Below, in pieces: positions 39,430 through 47,511 of a stretch of 64,000 nt of DNA (position 1 is its first letter; each line of letters starts with the position of its first letter). Location: the NCBI GenBank assembly GCA_002708995.1, contig PAPT01000031.1:7902-71901 (forward strand). Direction: 5' to 3'. The notes under the pieces were generated by a model that did not search any database, was not told where the DNA came from, and saw only the letters and a program-made list of their open reading frames with translations. The DNA is from Geminicoccus sp. Its GTDB lineage: Bacteria; Pseudomonadota; Alphaproteobacteria; UBA7985. A program made the position numbers and the translations under genes.

Positions 39430-40698
39430 ATGATCGAGGTGATGGCGCCCAGAGACAGGGTTTTGCACGGACAGTCAAGGCCAGCGAGCACCAGGCCGCA
39501 GGGTCGCCTTGCCCTGTGGCTTGGCGTCATCCTGCTTGGGCTGTTGCCCCTGTTCGCCGCCATGGCTGACCGCGCGCGGGCGCAGACCCCGTCGCTCTGG
39601 CAAGGTTACACCGTCGAGAACATCGAGACCAAGGCGGTCGCCGGCACCGGCGCCGAAGCCCAGGAGCAGGCCTTCCGCAACGCCCGCGTCGCAGGTCTGC
39701 GCGAGGTTGCATCCCGCCTTGTCTGCCCGGAAAATCAAGCCCAGCTACGCATCCCCGCCGACAGCCAGCTCGAAGCCATGGTGCAGTCGACCGAGCTGAC
39801 AGATCAGAAAATCATCGGCAGCAGCTATTCCGGGCTGCTCAACATCGCCTTCGACCCCGATGCCGTTGGCGCTTATCTGGCCGGGCAGCGCGTGCCCCAT
39901 GCCACCGGACCGGCCCCGCGCCAGCTGGCGATCCCGATCCTGCGTGAAGAGGGCAGCCCAGCCCTGACCTTCGACGACAACCCCTGGCTACGGATCTGGT
40001 CCAGAGGCCCGGAACCAACCCTGCTGCAGACCTACGACCTGATGCGCGGAGACGAGCAGGATCGGGCGATTTTCGACCCCGAGGTGCCTTCCCGCTCCGC
40101 CGTGCTCAGCCTGATGGAAAAGTACGATTTCGCGGCGGCGCTGGTGATCCAGGCCCAGCTGACCCCGCCGCTGGGCGAGGAAGCGCCCGCGAGCCTCTAC
40201 GTCGAAGCCATCCGCATCGGTGACGGTCCGGGCGAAGTCCGGCTGGAGGCGAACCTGGTCGCCGAAACCGACGAGAGCAACGACAGCCTGCTGCGCCGGG
40301 GGGCCTTTGCGATTCAGGAGCAGGCTTCGGCCGCCTACTGCCGCACCTTCACCGCGGCCCCGGTCGCCCTGCCGACCACCATCCAGATCGTGGTTATCGG
40401 CATGGACTACAGCAGCTGGCTGCAGGCAGAAGCCTTGCTTTCCGCCCGCCCGGAGATCCGGGGTCTCACCTTCATGGGCCAGCGCGAGGGCGCCTTCGAC
40501 GTCTCGGTCGAGTTCGTCGGCGGGCTTCTGGACCTGCAGCAGGTGTTCCGGTCGGTGCGCCTGCGGTTTGAAGCCTACACCGCGCAAGCGGTGGTGCAGG
40601 ACGCCATGCAGGTCTATTTCTTCGCCCAACCAGACGTTCAGCCGCCGCCAACCAATGTCCGCATACTCCCGCTCAATGACATTCAACTGTCGAACTGA
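39430..40698 (+). CDS. conserved hypothetical exported protein (upstream of hdaA)
   Basis: 422 aa. N-terminal hydrophobic segment LALWLGVILLGLLPLFAAMA followed by ...RARAQ (signal peptide). No catalytic motif recognised. Confidence 0.5.
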   Translation: MIEVMAPRDRVLHGQSRPASTRPQGRLALWLGVILLGLLPLFAAMADRARAQTPSLWQGYTVENIETKAVAGTGAEAQEQAFRNARVAGLREVASRLVCPENQAQLRIPADSQLEAMVQSTELTDQKIIGSSYSGLLNIAFDPDAVGAYLAGQRVPHATGPAPRQLAIPILREEGSPALTFDDNPWLRIWSRGPEPTLLQTYDLMRGDEQDRAIFDPEVPSRSAVLSLMEKYDFAAALVIQAQLTPPLGEEAPASLYVEAIRIGDGPGEVRLEANLVAETDESNDSLLRRGAFAIQEQASAAYCRTFTAAPVALPTTIQIVVIGMDYSSWLQAEALLSARPEIRGLTFMGQREGAFDVSVEFVGGLLDLQQVFRSVRLRFEAYTAQAVVQDAMQVYFFAQPDVQPPPTNVRILPLNDIQLSN

Positions 40699-40710
40699 TA
40701 GCCTTGGACG

Positions 40711-41403
40711 ATGAGTGACAGGGACAGCCATGGTCAGGCTGTGCTGGGCTTCGACCTCGACCCGGCACCGGCGTTTTCGCGTGAGGCGTTTACCGTCTCA
40801 CCGGCCAACCGTCGTGCCTTTTCGCTGCTCGACGCCTGGCCGGACTGGCCCGCGCCCTTTATCAACCTCGTCGGCCCCGATGGCGCCGGCAAATCGCACC
40901 TCGCCCGCATCTGGGCGGATAAGGCCGGGGCCTACTTCGTTGATCTGGGCAGCCTCTACCGCATCAGCCCGGGACAGTGCGCCGTCGTCGACGATGTCGA
41001 CGCGCCGACCGAAGCGCAGCAGAACGCGCTGTTCCATCTCTACAACCGGCTGATGGCCCGCGGCGGGCTGCTGCTGGTCAGCCGCCAGCCGCTGAGCCGA
41101 CTTGCCACCACCACGGCCGACCTGGCCTCGCGCCTGCGCGCCGTGCCCGTGGTGGAAATTGCCGCACCCGACGACGCCCTGCTCGAAGCCGTGCTGCGCA
41201 AGCGCTTTGATGACCGCCAACTCGGCGTTGAGCAGCCGGTGATCGACTATATGGTCAGCCGGATGGATCGGTCTTTCGCTGCGTTGGAAGCGGCGGTGCA
41301 GCGCCTCGATGAACTGGCACTGTCACGCAAGCGCGCAGTGACGGTGCCGCTGGCCCGTGAAGTGCTGGCGCAGACTAGCGGTCAGTTCAGCCTCGAACTC
41401 TGA
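40711..41403 (+). CDS. hdaA: DnaA-regulatory inactivator HdaA
   Basis: 230 aa. Degenerate AAA+ fold with Walker A GPDGAGKSHL and a box VII-like region. Matches the Hda family of alphaproteobacteria in size and motif order. Confidence 0.75.
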   Translation: MSDRDSHGQAVLGFDLDPAPAFSREAFTVSPANRRAFSLLDAWPDWPAPFINLVGPDGAGKSHLARIWADKAGAYFVDLGSLYRISPGQCAVVDDVDAPTEAQQNALFHLYNRLMARGGLLLVSRQPLSRLATTTADLASRLRAVPVVEIAAPDDALLEAVLRKRFDDRQLGVEQPVIDYMVSRMDRSFAALEAAVQRLDELALSRKRAVTVPLAREVLAQTSGQFSLEL

Positions 41404-41552
41404 GGGGACGGGCGCAGGCATCGCCTAAGCCGTAGATTGGTCGCACTCAGCGGCGCAGCCAGACCACCTTTCCCGCCATACCCAGGTAGCGGACGCTAAT
41501 CCCCTCGACCGGCGGGTAGAGCGCGGCGTTATCGGCGCGGTGATGGTCTCGA

Positions 41553-41858
41553 TCAGTGTGTCCAGCGCAGCAGGCGGTCGTTCGCGAAGTTGTCCGCGTA
41601 GGCCTTGGGTCGGATCTTGCGCGCCTTGGGTTCTACGATCTGGTACACTAGCCCTTTGGCTTGCGCGTACTCGATCGCCTCTTCCTTTGAGCCGAACCAC
41701 AGCTTGAGCTGCTGCCGGGTATCGTCAGAGGAAGTCCAGCCCATCAGCGGCTCTACCGTCCGGCGCGAAGTCGGATCAAACTCCATCAGCCACTTCTTCG
41801 CATTGCTGCGGCCAGACTGCATAGCGGATTTCGGTGGCTGGGAGATGGTTACTTGCAT
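41553..41858 (-). CDS. ETC complex I subunit conserved-region protein (NDUFS4-like)
   Basis: 101 aa. ...PKSAMQSG...WLMEFD...EPLMGWTSS.D...Q..L.F...EAI.YA...G..Y.V..P...R..P..YADNF matches the bacterial NDUFS4/18-kDa subunit-like family. Confidence 0.7.
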   Translation of the reverse strand: MQVTISQPPKSAMQSGRSNAKKWLMEFDPTSRRTVEPLMGWTSSDDTRQQLKLWFGSKEEAIEYAQAKGLVYQIVEPKARKIRPKAYADNFANDRLLRWTH

Positions 41859-41930
41859 GGCGTGTCTCGGTGCTCAGCGACCCATGGGATCCGGCGGCAA
41901 ACGGAACTCGCCGAATTCTTTTTGTGAAGA

Positions 41931-42007
41931 TGGTCGGGGCAGCAAGATTCGAACTTGCGACCCCCTGTACCCAAAACAGGTGCGCTACCAGGCTGCGCCA
42001 TGCCCCG
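41931..42007 (-). tRNA. tRNA-Pro (anticodon UGG)
   Basis: The reverse complement folds as a cloverleaf: acceptor CGGGGCA/TGCCCCG, D-arm GCGC-AGCCTGGTA-GCGC, anticodon arm CCTGT-TTTGGGT-ACAGG (anticodon TGG), T-arm GCAAG-TTCGAAT-CTTGC, 3' ACCA encoded. Confidence 0.85.
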
Positions 42008-42163
42008 ACCGCTCTCAGGCGCTGAGGCCTGAAAGTGCCGGGATAATATTGATCGGCGGGGTCGCGTGCAAGAGGCTTAGAACGGCCATTTTCTAGACCC
42101 TGCTCCGCTCCCACCGGGGCGCCAGATTTTGAACACCGACTGCCCGAGCCATGCCCGATTGTC

Positions 42164-43078
42164 TCAGCCTGCTGTGCTGTCGCTGAGAGTGCCGTACCAG
42201 ACTGCGATAGCCTCGGCGCACCAGTCACCCTGATCGACGGGCAGCATATGTCCACTGCGGCCATGTTTCCGCACGCTCAGGCGCGGGGCCAGACGTTCTA
42301 GCCAGCGCAAGCGCCCGTCGGTCACTGTGCTGCCCTTACCCCCGCCGCGCAGCACCAGTACGGGCATGGGCAGGCGCTTGGCCGGCCACAGACCGGCGGG
42401 TAGGGTGGAGAAGTTCATCGCTTCGATCTCCGGGTGGAGCTTGAGTTCCAGCCCCGGCTGGCCATCGCGGCGCTTTCGCAGCACGGATTGACTGTAGTCG
42501 TGGATCGCCTCTTCGGGCCAGCTCTTCAGCGCCTTGCGGCCGCGAAAGTAGTCGATTGCCTGCTCGTGGCTGTCGAAATACTGCCGCCGCTCCCGCGCCT
42601 GCGGGATCAGACGGTTGCTGCGCGCCTCGACGTTGAGCAAGCGGGCAAGCGAAAGCCCGAGCATGAACAGCGGCGGGAAAAACACCGGTTCCAGCAGCAC
42701 CAGCCCTCGCACGTCCTCGGGGCGTTCCATCGCCGTGAACATCGAGCACAGCGCACCCATGGAGTGCCCTATCAGAATCGCCGGGCCATTGCGGTCTAGC
42801 ACGTCTTCGACATTGCCGCGGTAAACCCGCCAGTTGTGCAGCTGGGCGAGGCTCGGAATATCGTCGCTGCGGCCGTGCCCCTGCAGGTCGAAAGCCCGCA
42901 CTGGCAGGTCTGGCGCGAGCCGGGACAGCAGGCCGTTATATGTCAGGGCGGAAAAACCGTTACCGTGGAAAAACAGCGCAGGCGCAGGGGGCTCTGCAGC
43001 CGCCTCCGCTTTCGCTATCAGCCCATAGCAATAGGACTGGAGCGAACCCCAGCGCGCTTCTTTCGGGGATTGGGTCAT
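42164..43078 (-). CDS. alpha/beta-fold hydrolase
   Basis: 304 aa. Nucleophile elbow GHSMG, and HGxG near the N-terminus (FFHGNGFS). The start overlaps the reductase stop (ATGA). Confidence 0.75.
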   Translation of the reverse strand: MTQSPKEARWGSLQSYCYGLIAKAEAAAEPPAPALFFHGNGFSALTYNGLLSRLAPDLPVRAFDLQGHGRSDDIPSLAQLHNWRVYRGNVEDVLDRNGPAILIGHSMGALCSMFTAMERPEDVRGLVLLEPVFFPPLFMLGLSLARLLNVEARSNRLIPQARERRQYFDSHEQAIDYFRGRKALKSWPEEAIHDYSQSVLRKRRDGQPGLELKLHPEIEAMNFSTLPAGLWPAKRLPMPVLVLRGGGKGSTVTDGRLRWLERLAPRLSVRKHGRSGHMLPVDQGDWCAEAIAVWYGTLSDSTAG

Positions 43079-43641
43079 TGGCTAAGTTCGACGAGGCGTT
43101 CAGCGACTGCTTCAACTTCACTGGCCATGAATTCGTTGGTGACTTTGCCGTCAGCAGTGTTCTCGCGCGCGCCGGCGAAGGCGAACTCCTTACCCGAAAT
43201 ATGCATGCCCAGGTGACCCAGCACCATGCGCAAGCACTGCAACCCTTTGATCCCGCCCAGCCGGCCGGTCGAGGCCGACAGCAGCCCTACGGGTTTGTGG
43301 CGGAAGGGCGTTCCTGGTACTTCGTTAGAAGAGCGCGAAACCCAGTCGATGAAGTTTTTGAGGATGCCAGTCGGCCCACCGTTGTATTCGGGCGAAGCCA
43401 TGATGTAGCCGTCGGCCTCGACGCACAGGCGTCGGATATCATTTAGCGCTGTGGGGCGACCGTCGCGGTCTTCGAGATCCTCGCAGAAATTTGGGAAGGT
43501 ATCACCCTTCATTTCGATCTTCGTAACCCTAGCGCCAAGCGACTCCGCGTGGGCGAGAGCGTGGTTCAGAACGACATGGTTGAAGGACCCTTCGCGGGCT
43601 GAACCACAAACACCGACGATCAGTGGGGAAAACTTTGTCAT
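43075..43641 (-). CDS. NAD(P)H-dependent FMN reductase (flavodoxin-like fold)
   Basis: 188 aa. IVGVCGSAREGSFNH...SPEYNGG is the NADPH-dependent FMN reductase/ArsH/ChrR-like phosphate-binding and FMN motif. Confidence 0.75.
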   Translation of the reverse strand: MTKFSPLIVGVCGSAREGSFNHVVLNHALAHAESLGARVTKIEMKGDTFPNFCEDLEDRDGRPTALNDIRRLCVEADGYIMASPEYNGGPTGILKNFIDWVSRSSNEVPGTPFRHKPVGLLSASTGRLGGIKGLQCLRMVLGHLGMHISGKEFAFAGARENTADGKVTNEFMASEVEAVAERLVELSQ

Positions 43642-43728
43642 CAGAAGGGACCTAGAGTTACGCTTGCTTCTGTTGAAGTAGTACGGCCAACAGCCTGAGG
43701 AAACCGCAATTTACGTTTCCCTGGTGGC

Positions 43729-44058
43729 CTAATGCGCCAGAACTTCGCGAAGCTGGTAAAAGCCGGGCTTGGGTTCGTTGAAATACTCAAGAATACCGGG
43801 GTGCTCGATCGGCTTGTCACTCTCGTCGAGGATCAGGTTCTGTTCGGAGACGTAGGCTTCATAGCTGCCCGTGTCGTTCTGTGCGAGCAGGTGGTAGAAC
43901 GGCTGGTCCTTGGCAGGCCGGATTTCCTGCGGAATTGACTGGTACCATTCCTCAGTATTGGCGTACTGGGGGTCCACATCATAGATGACCCCACGAAAGC
44001 CGAATAGGCGGTGGGAGACGACCTGCCCGATATTGAACTTGGCGCTGTATTCACTCAT
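43729..44058 (-). CDS. hspQ: heat shock protein HspQ (YccV-like hemimethylated DNA-binding domain)
   Basis: ORF 43729..44118 with ATG at 44058. AKFNIGQVVSHRLFGFRGVIYDVDPQY matches the HspQ N-terminus. Confidence 0.7.
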   Translation of the reverse strand: MSEYSAKFNIGQVVSHRLFGFRGVIYDVDPQYANTEEWYQSIPQEIRPAKDQPFYHLLAQNDTGSYEAYVSEQNLILDESDKPIEHPGILEYFNEPKPGFYQLREVLAH

Positions 44059-44124
44059 GCCCTGACCTAAGCATGACTTGGGCCAAACACAACCGGAATG
44101 AGGCCGTCGCCGTAGCACTCTGGC

Positions 44125-45732
44125 TCAGACTCGGGGGCGAATCCCAGATTCCACGACAGACTGTGGCACAGTATCCACAAACCGTTCGAAGTTGCTGGCG
44201 AAGCGCTGTGCAAGATCGTCGGCCGTATCCTCATATTCGGACAGTTTTTGCCACGTCGAAGACGGCGTCAGCAGATCCGCAGGCACCGACGGACAGGCTT
44301 CGGGCACCATCAGGCCGAAGTAGGAGTCCTTGCGGAATTCGATTTCCCTGAAGGCCCCGCTGAGGATGGCGCTGATCATCGCCCGGGTGGCCTCCAGCGG
44401 GATCCGGCGACCTGTGCCGAACTTGCCGCCGGTCCAGCCAGTGTTCACCAACCAGCACTCCGCGCCTGTGGCTTCGACCTTCTGACGCAGCAGGTCCGCA
44501 TACTCACTGGGTTGGCGTGGCATGAATGGCGCGCCAAAGCAGGTCGAGAACGTCGCCTGCGGTTCATTGCCCATACCCCGCTCGGTGCCGGCAACCTTGG
44601 CCGTGTAGCCCGAGAGGAAGTGGTACATCGCCTGATCGGTCGACAGCCGCGCCAGCGGCGGCATCACGCCGTATGCGTCTGCCGTAAGCATGATCACCGC
44701 GCGTGGGTTTCGCCCCTGTCCAGTTTTGACGTGCCCCGGAATGAAGTCGATGGGGTAGGAGGAGCGCGTGTTCTCAGTCAGGCTCACGTCGGTGAAATCC
44801 GGCTCGCTGGTCATCGGGTCCAGCACCACGTTTTCCAGCAGCGCGCCGAAGCGGTTGCTGGCCGCGTAAATCTGTGGTTCAGCCTTGGCGGTCAGATTGA
44901 TAGCCTTGGCGTAGCAGCCGCCTTCGAAGTTGAAGATCCCATTCGGGCCCCAGCCGTGCTCGTCGTCGCCGATCAAGGCGCGCTCGGGGTCGGCCGAAAG
45001 CGTCGTTTTCCCCGTTCCTGAGAGACCAAAAAACAGCGCGACATCGCCCGCCGGGCCAACGTTGGCCGAGCAGTGCATGGGCAGGTCGCCGGTTTCCGGC
45101 AGTAGGAAATTCAGCACGCCGAAAATCGACTTCTTGATTTCACCCGCGTACTGCGTGCCGCCGATGAGCACGGTTCGCTTGCTGAAGTTGACCACGATGA
45201 AGGTACCCGACGCGGTGCCATGCGCCGATGGCTCTGCGGTCACATCGGGCAGGTCGATGACGGTCCAGTCGGGGACAAAACTCTCGCGGGTCTGCGGCGA
45301 GGGGCGTAGGAACATGTTCTGCGCGAACAGATTGTGCCAGGCGTAGGCCGTCACCACCCGCACGCCGATCTGCAGGCCTTCGTCGGCCCCGGCCGTCAGG
45401 TCTTGCACGAACAGGCGCTGGTCAGCGGCACCGGCTTCCATAAGCGCTTCAAGCTTTTCGTAGTGCTCGGGCGACATCGCCTGATTAACCGTGCCCCAGT
45501 CGACCTTGCTCTCGGTCAGGGCGTCGCGGACGGTAAATTTGTCTTTCGGAGACCGGCCGGTGAATTCACCGGTGCGGGCCACCAGCGCGCCGTGTGCGCT
45601 GAGCTCACCCTCATTCAGGCGCAGTGACCAGGCGACGAGGTCGGCCCGGCTCAGGTTCCAGTGCGCCTCGCGCGCTTGCGCGGCGAACGACAGGGTTTCA
45701 GCGGAAGGGGGAACAGCGCCCAGGTGGGTCAT
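44125..45732 (-). CDS. pckA: phosphoenolpyruvate carboxykinase (ATP)
   Basis: ORF 44125..45843. ATG at 45732 (MTHLGAV...) is preceded by ggagg at -9. GEFTGRSPKDKF, kinase-1a GLSGTGKTT and the rest are collinear with PckA. Confidence 0.9.
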   Translation of the reverse strand: MTHLGAVPPSAETLSFAAQAREAHWNLSRADLVAWSLRLNEGELSAHGALVARTGEFTGRSPKDKFTVRDALTESKVDWGTVNQAMSPEHYEKLEALMEAGAADQRLFVQDLTAGADEGLQIGVRVVTAYAWHNLFAQNMFLRPSPQTRESFVPDWTVIDLPDVTAEPSAHGTASGTFIVVNFSKRTVLIGGTQYAGEIKKSIFGVLNFLLPETGDLPMHCSANVGPAGDVALFFGLSGTGKTTLSADPERALIGDDEHGWGPNGIFNFEGGCYAKAINLTAKAEPQIYAASNRFGALLENVVLDPMTSEPDFTDVSLTENTRSSYPIDFIPGHVKTGQGRNPRAVIMLTADAYGVMPPLARLSTDQAMYHFLSGYTAKVAGTERGMGNEPQATFSTCFGAPFMPRQPSEYADLLRQKVEATGAECWLVNTGWTGGKFGTGRRIPLEATRAMISAILSGAFREIEFRKDSYFGLMVPEACPSVPADLLTPSSTWQKLSEYEDTADDLAQRFASNFERFVDTVPQSVVESGIRPRV

Positions 45733-46119
45733 GCTTAAGCCTCCAAAAACGACCGGCTGGGTCTCCGGCGGGTCGTGCCGACACGGCGCGGTGGAACACG
45801 CAGGCGGCTGGGTTACGTACAGCCGCGCGGTTGGACCCTGCACGGCCCCTCACCCTGTGCGTGAAAACGTGAGCGGCTCAACGCCAGCCCGCTGAACGCC
45901 TGTGGGAGGCTGGGTTGAATGGGCCTATTTCGGGGCTGAATGAAACGTGCGTTTCAAAACCATCCGGCGCCCGCCCCGTCTGCATTACACCCCGAGGGGT
46001 TGAGGGCGGAGGGAGCCGCGAAACCATGCGCCGCCCTTTGTCGACCCGAGGTCCGTTCAAGAGACTCCAATAATCTAACGCGTTGTGAACAAACAACGAA
46101 CTTAAGCAATGGGGCAATT

Positions 46120-46294
46120 TTGGCGAATCAGGGCGAAATTTTGTCTGGAGTCGCGACTCCGGCTTAAGATATGAAAAACATACTTTTCAATACGTTGTCT
46201 TTCAGAAATCGGCGTTTCATAACCGAGTCCTTTGGCACGATCAGGCCGCCAGTGAAGGCCCCCTTAAGGGGTTTTTACTGGCGGTATTTTTTTT
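46120..46294 (+). ncRNA. candidate small RNA ending at an orphan plus-strand intrinsic terminator
   Basis: Strong plus-strand terminator at 46245-46294: CCGCCAGT-(gaaggCCCCCTTAAGGGGtttttt)-ACTGGCGG followed by TATTTTTTTTG. It lies in the 590-bp spacer between fabH and pckA, which are both on the minus strand. No credible plus-strand ORF ends here. The 5' end is not defined. Confidence 0.25.
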
Positions 46295-46322
46295 GTCTTC
46301 GTTTTGGAAAAGAGTGCGCGCT

Positions 46323-47303
46323 CTACCAGCGCAGCAGCGTCGCGCCCCAAGCCAGACCGCCGCCCAGTCCCGCCATCACCATCAGATCCCCGCGCTGCAA
46401 TTCGCCGCTCTGCTCCAGCTCGTGCAGGGCCAGCGGTACCGAGGCCGCAGACGTGTTGGCGTGGGAGGCAACGGTAGAGATGAAACGTTCCGGCGGCGCA
46501 CCGATGCGTGCGGCTACGGCGGCAAGGATGCGCTGGTTGGCCTGGTGCGGGACGTACCACTTCACGTCATCAGGCGTGAACCCGTGGGCGTCGAGCAACT
46601 GGAGCACCGCGCCGGACATCTTTTCAACGGCGTGGCGGAAAACTTCTTTGCCAGCCATGTAGAGGTGGCCGACGCTCTGCGTGCTGCTCGGCCCGCCGGT
46701 GGTATGCAGGATATCGATCAGGTTGCCGTCGGCGTTCATCTGCAGGTCGATCAGGCCGCGCGGGTTCGCGCCGGTCAGGGCGTCCAGGCTGTCATCCCGC
46801 TCCATGATCACTGCGCCCGCACCGTCACCGAACAGCACGCAGGTGGTACGGTCCTCCCAGTTCAGAATGCGGGTCATGGTCTCCGAGCCGATGACGATCG
46901 CACGTCGCATGCGTCCGGTCTGCAGCAAGCCATCGGCCGCGCCGACGGCGTAGATGAAGCCGGCGCAAACGGCCTGCAGGTCGAAGGCGAGGGTGCCTGC
47001 AGGAGCCCCCAGCTCGCGCTGCACCATGGTTGCAACAGCGGGGAAGGTTAGGTCTGGGGTGGTGGTCGCGACGATGATGCCGTCGATATCGGCCGCCGTG
47101 AGCCTTGCACTGTCCAGCGCCGAACGAGCCGCAGCGATGGCGAGGCTTGATGTTGTCTCATCCTCGGCAGCGATATAGCGCTGCGCAATGCCGGTGCGGG
47201 ACTTGATCCACTGGTCGCTGGTTTCCAGCGCAGCCGGGAGGTCATCGTTGGGAACCGCCCGGGCTGGTAAGGCGCTGCCGACGGCGCGAATGACAACAGA
47301 CAT
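46323..47303 (-). CDS. fabH: 3-oxoacyl-ACP synthase III
   Basis: ATG at 47303 is preceded by AAGGAG at -8. Cys in AVCAGF, His in HQANQRI, Asn in ANTSAAS. 326 aa, canonical FabH. Confidence 0.85.
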   Translation of the reverse strand: MSVVIRAVGSALPARAVPNDDLPAALETSDQWIKSRTGIAQRYIAAEDETTSSLAIAAARSALDSARLTAADIDGIIVATTTPDLTFPAVATMVQRELGAPAGTLAFDLQAVCAGFIYAVGAADGLLQTGRMRRAIVIGSETMTRILNWEDRTTCVLFGDGAGAVIMERDDSLDALTGANPRGLIDLQMNADGNLIDILHTTGGPSSTQSVGHLYMAGKEVFRHAVEKMSGAVLQLLDAHGFTPDDVKWYVPHQANQRILAAVAARIGAPPERFISTVASHANTSAASVPLALHELEQSGELQRGDLMVMAGLGGGLAWGATLLRW

Positions 47304-47511
47304 GGGCACAGCTCCTTCAGGCGTTCCCGTAACTTATACGAATTTGCGGACCTTAGCTCTGAAAATGCGATGGAACAGGGATAATCCACTCACAGGCCTG
47401 AACCCTTTGGCTGTGAGCACGTTTTTTTCGGGGCGGAGGGGATGAATCAGACACGGTTCGACGTACATCGTTCCTTAGTATTCACCTATGCACTGCCGTG
47501 CCGGAGCCTCC

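Noticed and set aside
41605-42264. ORFs 41605..42096 (+) and 41776..42264 (-)
   Set aside because: Both run straight through the tRNA-Pro gene at 41931..42007 and into flanking real genes. Not coding.
46171-46662. 163-aa plus-strand ORF beginning MKNILFNTLSF
   Set aside because: Reads through a strong intrinsic terminator hairpin and then antisense into fabH. Only its first few dozen codons lie in AT-rich intergenic DNA. It is treated instead as a candidate ncRNA region.
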